Virus record (IMG/VR): IMGVR_UViG_3300025528_000014
Span: 1-38,963 of that record
Source: a virus
Length of the DNA: 38,963 bases
Direction: 5' to 3' (one strand)
Part shown: in pieces, positions 1-6,612 of the stretch
Layout: every line of letters begins with the position of its first letter
Position numbering within the stretch: position 1 is the first letter of the stretch
Program-made: the position numbers and the translations under genes
The notes under the pieces: model-generated
What the model saw: only the letters and a program-made list of their open reading frames with translations
Told to the model about the DNA's origin: nothing
Database searches by the model: none

Positions 1-99
1 ACGGGACGAGGCAAGAAGTAAAGCAGAGGAAGCGTGGAAAGAGATTGACTCACTGGAAGAACAACTCCTATCCTCCCAACAGGAGATTGAGCGGTTGCG
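1..99. repeat. Terminal direct repeat, copy 1 (identical to 38865..38963); marks circular closure of the contig
   Basis: Compared base by base: 1..99 equals 38865..38963, and the match runs to the last base of the window. Confidence 0.95.
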
Positions 100-277
100 G
101 GAGGACCGTGACAAGCTGATCGAGGTGTTGCGGTGGTATGCGGACAAAACCAATTACGTCCAAGAAGTACACCACTTGCGGCATGGAACGTTGATCGGGC
201 CGGCAGAGGCGATTTACTATGACGAGGGCCGACGCGCCCGCGACATCCTCCGTGAAGTAGGGGTGACGGTGGAATGA
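2..277 (+). CDS. 3' part of the junction-spanning coiled-coil hypothetical protein (5' part at 38659..38963)
   Basis: The reading frame from ATG 38659 maps through the repeat onto frame 2 of the window start and ends at TGA 275..277. Confidence 0.7.
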   Translation, partial: RDEARSKAEEAWKEIDSLEEQLLSSQQEIERLREDRDKLIEVLRWYADKTNYVQEVHHLRHGTLIGPAEAIYYDEGRRARDILREVGVTVE

Positions 278-468
278 ACTGGATCAGCGTCAAAGAGCGG
301 TTGCCGGAACCGGGGGATGAGGTGCTGGTAACAGATAAATATGGAAATACGACAGTCGCAGAATTCGCTCACCGTAAGTTTTGGCCTGATTCTTTGAACA
401 TTAACCCGGCATCTATAACCCACTGGATGCCGCTGCCGGAGCCGCCGAAGGAGGGAAAAAACGTATGA
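274..468 (+). CDS. DUF551-like phage protein
   Basis: N-terminal MNWISVKERLPE..VLV and C-terminal HWMPLPEPP are the typical DUF551 pattern. ATGA overlap with the upstream stop. Confidence 0.7.
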   Translation: MNWISVKERLPEPGDEVLVTDKYGNTTVAEFAHRKFWPDSLNINPASITHWMPLPEPPKEGKNV

Positions 469-797
469 GCTTGCCGAAATATCGCATCATCGTAAATGGT
501 CTTTATCTTCGCGGCTGGGATGACTGTGAGACTGTCGGTCAGTCTGGCCATATGGGCTGGCAACCGAGAGCGGTGGAAATGTCGAAGATGTTGATGACGA
601 GGAGCAAAGATCAGGCTCGAATCGTCGAGGGTAACATCGAACTGAAGAGCCAGTTAAATCGAATCTATGACCGAGTACGATATGCCGGGTTTGAATTGAA
701 TAGATTAGTGGTCGAGCGGGTTCCTGAGCCGCCGAAGGAGAGCGGGAGGGAGAAAACGGATGATTCTGTACCACGTTACAACACCCAAAAAAGCTAA
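465..797 (+). CDS. Hypothetical protein
   Basis: 110-aa ORF with ATGA-type coupling to the upstream gene. No recognisable motif. Confidence 0.5.
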   Translation: MSLPKYRIIVNGLYLRGWDDCETVGQSGHMGWQPRAVEMSKMLMTRSKDQARIVEGNIELKSQLNRIYDRVRYAGFELNRLVVERVPEPPKESGREKTDDSVPRYNTQKS

Positions 798-1029
798 ATA
801 TTACCGGGAAAGCGGTGTGATACACGCCCCGGTTCGTGGCTTCACGACGTTAATGGCGGCGATGGCATGGGCTATCAAGGTTGGAAGGACAATAATTTAC
901 ACGGTAGAAGGGGAGAAAGCCTATAAACTCCCCGATCATCACAACCGGTTTGGTGAGGCGTGGTGGCTGGACGAAGATGTCCCGATAGATCGCATTAAAT
1001 GCGTGTTCAGCGCGGAAAAGGATGCATAG
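760..1029 (+). CDS. Hypothetical protein
   Basis: 89-aa ORF. GGGAGGGAG RBS about 7 nt upstream of the ATG. Confidence 0.55.
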   Translation: MILYHVTTPKKAKYYRESGVIHAPVRGFTTLMAAMAWAIKVGRTIIYTVEGEKAYKLPDHHNRFGEAWWLDEDVPIDRIKCVFSAEKDA

Positions 1030-1060
1030 TTGGACCGCCCAAAGAAGGAGTGACGGTGGA

Positions 1061-1228
1061 GTGATCAGCGGACACAAATACAGGCCCGTTGTGACAGTTC
1101 TAAAGGTGAAAAAGGGCATCCCGACAGTGATCCGGGTCAGCGGAAGGGAATACGTGTTTCGGCCCAAGGACCAATACGGGAACAGAAAGAAGGGGAAGCG
1201 AAAGCGAGGAAGAAACGATGAGCCGTGA
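1061..1228 (+). CDS. Small basic hypothetical protein (alternative start 1022)
   Basis: GTG 1061 lies 10 nt after GAAGGAG (1044..1050). Lys/Arg-rich C-terminus. Confidence 0.4.
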   Translation: MISGHKYRPVVTVLKVKKGIPTVIRVSGREYVFRPKDQYGNRKKGKRKRGRNDEP

Positions 1229-1460
1229 GGAAAAACGGGCGTTCTATTCACGGGTGAAAAAGGCAAGCTATCGCGAGTTTTGGGCGTTGATGAATGAGTT
1301 TCACACGCGGGCTTATCGGTTGGCAGAACAGCATTACGGCGAAGCGATGGACATTGTACTGCATCCGAAACAGAAAAAAGCAGTCGTCGCGAAGGCTCAG
1401 GAAATCCGCGAACTGTGGGATGGGATTCACGAGGTCACGGTGGACGTGACGACGGAATGA
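1218..1460 (+). CDS. Hypothetical protein
   Basis: 80-aa ORF overlapping the upstream gene end. AGGAAG RBS. Confidence 0.5.
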   Translation: MSREEKRAFYSRVKKASYREFWALMNEFHTRAYRLAEQHYGEAMDIVLHPKQKKAVVAKAQEIRELWDGIHEVTVDVTTE

Positions 1461-1479
1461 TAAATTTTCAAAATATGTG

Positions 1480-1509
1480 TTGCCAAAAGGATACGTTTTG
1501 TGTTATAAT
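1480..1509 (+). promoter_or_regulatory. SigA-type promoter P1: TTGCCA, 18-nt spacer, TGTTATAAT (extended -10), within the conserved GTTGCCAAAAGGATA box
   Basis: -35 at 1480..1485, TG at 1501..1502, -10 TATAAT at 1504..1509. RBS and ATG 1543 lie downstream. The same box recurs at 2878 and 28869. Confidence 0.7.
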
Positions 1510-1542
1510 GTAGCCAGAAGAAAACGAAAGGAGAATCTAAAA

Positions 1543-1758
1543 ATGAGAGTTTGGGAACGCGAAGGATACCGGGTGGAGGAAAAGCCGTTTGATTACAGCC
1601 TCCACGTGTTCGAAGTTGTGAAGTACGACGAAGTGATCGCCACGATTACGCCGGCCGACCTTGACGACATGCAGAGGATCGTCGAAGCGCTGGACGCTGG
1701 CGAAGACGTGAATGACTGGGAAGACGGCATGGGGAACACGATCCACATCCCCGCCTGA
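1543..1758 (+). CDS. Hypothetical acidic protein
   Basis: ATG 1543 follows AAAGGAG (1528..1534). It is the first gene after P1. Confidence 0.55.
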   Translation: MRVWEREGYRVEEKPFDYSLHVFEVVKYDEVIATITPADLDDMQRIVEALDAGEDVNDWEDGMGNTIHIPA

Positions 1759-1918
1759 CGATGACCGGATGGCTACCGGTCGAAACATCCCCATACATCG
1801 GGGATGTCGCGGGAAGCCGCAAATGAAAAGCCCGTCGATCTCGCACATCGACGGGCCGGGGCAGAGAATATCGGTAGCCTCTGCCCCTCCATTATAACAT
1901 ATTTTGGAGGGATTGAAC

Positions 1919-2224
1919 ATGATCAACAACTACAACCCGCGCTACTTTGAAATCCTCTATCAGAATTGCTTTGGCACATTGCTGAAAGCGTTCAAAGTTT
2001 CGGAGAATGAAATCCCAGAAGAAAAAGACTTCGGATGGAACGGATGCCGGTTGGTGGACTGGGAAGAAACGGACTTCGAACACTTTCGCCGCAAGCAATA
2101 TAGGTTTTTCAAGGAATTCCCTGAATTTGATGAAGGACATCCCCAGAGTATGGAAGTTTTGAAGACAGCGCTTATGAAAGGGAAAGCCACTAGACATTTG
2201 TACACAGAAAAAACAATTACCTAG
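1919..2224 (+). CDS. Hypothetical protein
   Basis: ATG 1919 follows GGAGGG. 101 aa. Confidence 0.5.
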   Translation: MINNYNPRYFEILYQNCFGTLLKAFKVSENEIPEEKDFGWNGCRLVDWEETDFEHFRRKQYRFFKEFPEFDEGHPQSMEVLKTALMKGKATRHLYTEKTIT

Positions 2225-2288
2225 TGAAATACAGGACCGCCCCGATCCGGGGCGCGTCGTCATGAATACGGCAAAAGGAGTTGATCTA

Positions 2289-2735
2289 ATGGACAGACTT
2301 GACGTGATGATCGAGGCGGTGCAACGGGCAGAACAGGATTTGCGCGATTACCGCTGGATGGCGGATCGTGTGGCCGAGTATCATGCCCGGAACCGCGACG
2401 ATGACGTTTCCGCCGCGACGGCGAAATACGGGATCGAGGCGACGATGCCGCGGGCGTCTGGTATCTCGGATCCCGTTGCGAGGGAAGTGCAGAAGCGGAT
2501 GCGTGAATGGGAGCGCATCAAACGGTACGAGGAAAAGCTGATACGGATCGACGACGCCGTTTCTCGGATCACGGATGAACGGGTGCGGGCTGTGGCCGAG
2601 GCGCTGATGGATGGCGAAAGGCTTTATATGATCGCCCAGCAGATCGGCGTGTCCAGATCAACCGCGTATGAACTGAGGAAACAGGTCATCCGGCATCTGG
2701 CGATGGCGCTGTATGTCACCGAATTGAACGCCTGA
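2289..2735 (+). CDS. Putative late-gene transcriptional activator (RinA/ArpU-like, sigma-70 region-4-type C-terminal HTH)
   Basis: AAAGGAG lies 8 nt upstream of ATG 2289. The C-terminal segment ERLYMIAQQIGVSRSTAYELRKQVIRHLA looks like a region 4.2 HTH. Size and position upstream of the packaging genes fit this class. Confidence 0.5.
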   Translation: MDRLDVMIEAVQRAEQDLRDYRWMADRVAEYHARNRDDDVSAATAKYGIEATMPRASGISDPVAREVQKRMREWERIKRYEEKLIRIDDAVSRITDERVRAVAEALMDGERLYMIAQQIGVSRSTAYELRKQVIRHLAMALYVTELNA

Positions 2736-2833
2736 GCCGGAAAAATCAGAAAATGCGGAAAAGCTGAACTTCGCTTGCAATCCGATGTCGCCCCGGATTA
2801 CAATACGGGCAAACAGAATATGCCTCCGAGATC

Positions 2834-2864
2834 GGTCGAGAACCTTCTGGTTCCGGCCTTTTTT
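2834..2864 (+). terminator. Rho-independent terminator
   Basis: GGTCG(A)GAACC / TTCT loop / GGTTCCGGCC gives a 10-bp stem with one bulge and one G-U pair, followed by TTTTTT. Confidence 0.65.
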
Positions 2865-2878
2865 ATCGAAAAAAGTTG

Positions 2879-2907
2879 TTGCCAAAAGGATACTGTTTTG
2901 ATATAAT
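2879..2907 (+). promoter_or_regulatory. SigA-type promoter P2: TTGCCA, 17-nt spacer, TGATATAAT, within the GTTGCCAAAAGGATA box
   Basis: -35 at 2879..2884 and -10 at 2902..2907, with TG two nt upstream of the -10. A-rich upstream tract. Confidence 0.7.
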
Positions 2908-2953
2908 AAAGATAGAAAGAGAGAACAAAAACAACTAAACGGAGGTAATGAAG

Positions 2954-3112
2954 ATGTATACAATCAAGTGGCAAGAGTTCGACCGAAATGACAGATTAAT
3001 TACCAAAATGAAGGAATTTAAGACAGAAGAAGCCATGGCGAAGTTCATCGACAAGTTGTTCAAAAAGGATAGTTTTTATCAAGTGTTAGCTACTAGCAAT
3101 GAAGGGAGGTAA
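2954..3112 (+). CDS. Small hypothetical protein (52 aa, absent from the ORF track)
   Basis: Hand-translated as MYTIKWQEFDRNDRLITKMKEFKTEEAMAKFIDKLFKKDSFYQVLATSNEGR. GGAGG lies 8 nt upstream. The stop TAA overlaps the next ATG (TAATG). Confidence 0.55.
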   Translation: MYTIKWQEFDRNDRLITKMKEFKTEEAMAKFIDKLFKKDSFYQVLATSNEGR

Positions 3113-3306
3113 TGAAAGTGAAAATCCATGTATACGGAAAAAACAAGCCGATGTTGAGAGGGTTTGACAAAGACGGGAATTACAAAGAGTTTAGAACAGC
3201 AAGTTATTCGGGACATAGGATAGCAAAAAGTTTGATCGAAGCACAAAAGTACATCCAAGATTTTCTCAAACGGGATTGGGATGTACAGATCGAAGTAGAA
3301 ACATAA
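3112..3306 (+). CDS. Hypothetical protein
   Basis: 64-aa ORF. GGGAGG RBS inside the upstream gene end. AT-rich. Confidence 0.5.
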   Translation: MKVKIHVYGKNKPMLRGFDKDGNYKEFRTASYSGHRIAKSLIEAQKYIQDFLKRDWDVQIEVET

Positions 3307-3339
3307 AAAGCCACCCGCGACCAAGCAGAGTGACTTTTC

Positions 3340-3371
3340 GAGGAAGGATAGAGCGCAGACTATCCTTCCTC
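3340..3371. other. Perfect 12-bp stem-loop (GAGGAAGGATAG / 8-nt loop / CTATCCTTCCTC) with no U-tract
   Basis: Read directly from the sequence. It sits in the 97-nt gap upstream of the ArdC-like gene. Confidence 0.6.
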
Positions 3372-3402
3372 CCTATCATAAACCATAGGGAGGATAATTT
3401 CA

Positions 3403-4239
3403 ATGAACGTCTACAAAATTGTCACCGACCGGATCATCGCAAAGCTGAAACAGGGCGTTGTGCCGTGGCGTAAACCGTGGGTGAATGGGCAACCGCCGGT
3501 GGCTGTTAACTGGACGACGCAAAAACCGTACCGGGGCATTAACCAATGGTTGCTGGAGCCGGGCGAGTACGCCACCTTCAAGCAGATTGCCGAAGCCGGC
3601 GGCCGGGTGAGGAAGGGCGAGAAAGCCCAGATCGTGGTCTTCTGGAACTGGATCGAAAAGGAAGACGAAGAAACCGGCGAGGTCGAAAAAATCCCGTTCC
3701 TGCGATACTATAACGTCTTCGAGATCAACACGCAAGTGGAGGGGTTACAGAGCAAGCGAAAGCCGGTTCAGACGTTCGACCATGATCCCATCGAGGCTGG
3801 TGAGAAGATCGTCAGGGGATACGCTGACTGTCCGGAAATTCGGTATGCTTCGGGTCGGGCATACTACCACAAGGCGCTGGACTATATCGTCGTGCCGCCG
3901 CTGATTGACTTCCCGAATCCGAACGAGTTTTATTCGGTGCTGTTCCACGAGATGGTCCACAGCACGGGTCACCCGGACAGGCTGAACCGGAAAGGGGTTG
4001 CGATACCCGCCGCTTTCGGCGACAAGGATTATAGCAAGGAAGAACTGGTCGCCGAGCTGGGCGCCGCGATGCTGTGTAGTCTGGCTGGGATCGAGGACGC
4101 GACGATCAACAACAGTGCGGCGTACATTCAAAACTGGCTTGAACAACTTGGGAATGACTCGAAGCTGATCGTTTACGCCGCCGCACAGGCACAGAAAGCG
4201 GTGGACTATATCACCGGAAACCAATATCAAACCGAATGA
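3403..4239 (+). CDS. ArdC-like antirestriction protein (N-terminal ssDNA-binding DUF1738-type domain plus zincin metallopeptidase domain)
   Basis: N-terminal ITDRIIAKLKQGVVPWRKPW and YRGINQWLL match the ArdC-N pattern. HEMVHSTGH is an HExxH zinc motif. Confidence 0.8.
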   Translation: MNVYKIVTDRIIAKLKQGVVPWRKPWVNGQPPVAVNWTTQKPYRGINQWLLEPGEYATFKQIAEAGGRVRKGEKAQIVVFWNWIEKEDEETGEVEKIPFLRYYNVFEINTQVEGLQSKRKPVQTFDHDPIEAGEKIVRGYADCPEIRYASGRAYYHKALDYIVVPPLIDFPNPNEFYSVLFHEMVHSTGHPDRLNRKGVAIPAAFGDKDYSKEELVAELGAAMLCSLAGIEDATINNSAAYIQNWLEQLGNDSKLIVYAAAQAQKAVDYITGNQYQTE

Positions 4240-4242
4240 CGG

Positions 4243-4265
4243 ACGCCCCTAACGGGGCGTTTTTT
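4243..4265 (+). terminator. Rho-independent terminator
   Basis: ACGCCCC / TAAC loop / GGGGCGT followed by TTTTT, immediately after the ArdC-like stop codon. Confidence 0.75.
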
Positions 4266-4289
4266 AATATAAATCAAGGAGGAAGAAAA

Positions 4290-4811
4290 ATGGTCAAAGT
4301 CTATTGCGCGTATGATGAAATGGTTGACATTACAAAGCTGGTTCCGAATCCGAGAAACCCGAATCAGCATTCAGATAAACAGATCGAACTGCTTGCAAAG
4401 ATCATCGAACATCAAGGTTGGCGCGTACCGATCACGGTTTCAAAACGTTCGGGCTTCGTTGTGCGTGGCCATGGTCGCTTGCAGGCGGCTGAAATTTTGG
4501 GAGTAGAAAAGGTCCCGGTCGATTATCAAGATTACGCAAGCGAAGCAGAAGAATGGGCTGATTTGATCGCGGATAATAGGTTGTCTGAGTTATCTCATAT
4601 GGACAATCAGATGCTGAAAGATTTGATACAAGAGATTGATTCAGGCGAAATTGATTTGACTTTGACAGGATACGATGAATCGGAAATAGAACGTCTTATG
4701 ACGCAACATTTTGAAGCGCCTGATGAGTTTGAAATGCTCGATGTGGATGATATAGAGACAGAATACAGATGTCCGAAATGTAATTATGAATGGAGTGGCA
4801 AACCGCGATGA
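4290..4811 (+). CDS. ParB-like nuclease (ParB/Srx N-terminal) domain protein
   Basis: AAGGAGG RBS. LVPNPRNPNQHSDKQIELLAKIIEHQGWRVPITV...VVRGHGRLQAA is the typical ParBc core. A CxxC pair lies at the C-terminus. Confidence 0.75.
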   Translation: MVKVYCAYDEMVDITKLVPNPRNPNQHSDKQIELLAKIIEHQGWRVPITVSKRSGFVVRGHGRLQAAEILGVEKVPVDYQDYASEAEEWADLIADNRLSELSHMDNQMLKDLIQEIDSGEIDLTLTGYDESEIERLMTQHFEAPDEFEMLDVDDIETEYRCPKCNYEWSGKPR

Positions 4812-5899
4812 AGCCTGAATATAGAGTTCCTAGCATGAAGGAGATCGAGCAGATTCCGCATAACGGTTTTAATGTGGTATCGACTTTTAGCGGTTGCGGC
4901 GGTTCGTGTTTGGGGTATCGCATGGCAGGCTACAAGGTGCTTTACGCGAATGAATTCATTCCAGCGGCGCAAGAAACGTATAAGGCAAATCATCCGGAAA
5001 GTTATTTGGATACCCGTGATATTCGAACTGTTCAGCCGGAAGATATTCTGGAAATCACCGGATTGCAAAAAGGAGAACTGGACATATTCGATGGTTCCCC
5101 GCCTTGCGCTTCCTTTTCGACAGCAGGAAAACGAGAAAAAGGCTGGGGTGAAGTGAAAACATACTCGGATACAAAACAGCGTGTCGATGACTTGTTTTTT
5201 GAGTATACGCGCTTGCTTCGCGGGCTTATGCCGAAGGTGTTCATTGCCGAGAACGTCAAGGGGTTGGTGCTTGGAACCGCAAAGGGTTATTTCAAGGAAA
5301 TTATGCGAGAATTGAAATCATGCGGTTACCGGGTAAAAGCAAGCGTGCTCAATGCAAAATGGTTAGGCGTTCCGCAAAACAGGGAGCGTCTTATTTTTAT
5401 CGGTGTGCGTGAGGATTTAAATATTGAACCCGTATTTCCAAAGCCGTTGCCCTATTTTTATACAGTCGAAGATGCATTTAAGAATCTTCCTGCTGAAAAC
5501 GAAGCACAAGCGCAAGAGTTAAGGGAAAGCGCCAAAAAATATATTAGAGGTTGGTATGGAGTATTAAAAAAAATCCCCAAAAATCCATCGAGAATAATTA
5601 AGGGAAGCGCAGTAAAAAACGGAAGTTACTTTAATCTATCGCGGTTGAGTTTTCTTCATCCGTCCGACACGATTTGCCAAACGAACGGACTCGCAAACGC
5701 TTCGGGTAACTGTCATCCAGCAGAGGATAGAAAATTGACTATATACGAACTCAAACGCATTTGTGCTTTTCCAGATGACTTCATATTGACGGGCACATTT
5801 GAACAACAATGGGAGCGCTTAGGACGAGCCGTTCCTCCTCTGATGATGCGAGAAGTCGCAAAAACGGTGGAGCGTGAAATTTTATGCAAACTAGTTTGA
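4808..5899 (+). CDS. DNA (cytosine-5) methyltransferase-fold enzyme with an atypical motif X (GRAVPP); candidate cytosine C5 carboxymethyltransferase
   Basis: Motifs seen: I FSGCGG, IV GSPPCASFS (Cys codon 5105..5107), VI ENVKGL, VIII QNRERLIFIG, IX RKLTIYELKRICAFPDDF, X LGRAVPP (Arg codon 5825..5827). ATGA overlap with the ParB-like stop. An alternative start is at 4790. Confidence 0.9.
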   Translation: MKPEYRVPSMKEIEQIPHNGFNVVSTFSGCGGSCLGYRMAGYKVLYANEFIPAAQETYKANHPESYLDTRDIRTVQPEDILEITGLQKGELDIFDGSPPCASFSTAGKREKGWGEVKTYSDTKQRVDDLFFEYTRLLRGLMPKVFIAENVKGLVLGTAKGYFKEIMRELKSCGYRVKASVLNAKWLGVPQNRERLIFIGVREDLNIEPVFPKPLPYFYTVEDAFKNLPAENEAQAQELRESAKKYIRGWYGVLKKIPKNPSRIIKGSAVKNGSYFNLSRLSFLHPSDTICQTNGLANASGNCHPAEDRKLTIYELKRICAFPDDFILTGTFEQQWERLGRAVPPLMMREVAKTVEREILCKLV

Positions 5900-6594
5900 A
5901 TCATGAACCGAAAACGGATAAATGGCAATTCGATGAAGAAGTAACCGCCGTATTCGATGATATGCTTGAGCGCAGTATCCCTGATTATTACAACATGCGA
6001 GAACTGGTGCATAAGCTGACGAAAAAATACGCAAGACCAAACACCGTCATTTTGGATTTGGGATGCTCGACTGGCGGTGCGATCAAAAAAGCGATCAACG
6101 AATTACCGAACAATTTTTTCATCGGCATTGAGGTTTCGGAGCCGATGCGTCAAAAAGCAAAAGATAATTTCAAGGGAATCGATCGGGTTGCAATTGTAAA
6201 TCATGATTTGAGAAACGGACTTCCAAAAATCGGGGAAAAAGTTAGTGTAATTTTATCTGTGTTGACGATACAATTTACGCCGATTGAATATAGGCTCAAT
6301 ATCATCAAGGATGTTTACAAAACGCTAGCCGACGGCGGCGTTTTTATTTTTGTCGAAAAAGTGCTTGGCGAAACGGCAGAAATTGACAATACGCTTGTTG
6401 AACTTTATTACGGGCTTAAAGGTGAAAACGGATATACACATGAGAAGATACAGAAAAAACGAAAGTCCTTAGAAGGCGTATTGGTTCCAGTTACGTCAAG
6501 CTGGAATATAGAACTTTTGCGAAAGTCCGGTTTTCAAAATATCGATTGCTTCTGGAGAAACCTTAATTTTGCCGGATATATTGCGATCAAGTAG
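5884..6594 (+). CDS. cmoA: CmoA-like carboxy-S-adenosyl-L-methionine (Cx-SAM) synthase homologue
   Basis: Collinear similarity to E. coli CmoA as I recall it: [25 protein letters not shown] vs [35 protein letters not shown] vs YDLGCSLGAA; LTIQF...GGVFIFVEK vs FTLQF...[27 protein letters not shown]...[11 protein letters not shown] vs NGYSELEISQKRSMLENV...CFNFGSLVALK. It overlaps the methyltransferase gene by 16 nt. Confidence 0.8.
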   Translation: [236 protein letters not shown]

Positions 6595-6612
6595 GAGGTA
6601 GGTGCTATGTGA

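Noticed and set aside
1712-1897. The 61-aa ORF in the gap between 1758 and 1919.
   Set aside because: It is made up almost entirely of the four hairpin arms, has no RBS and overlaps the upstream gene. The region is better explained as structured non-coding sequence.
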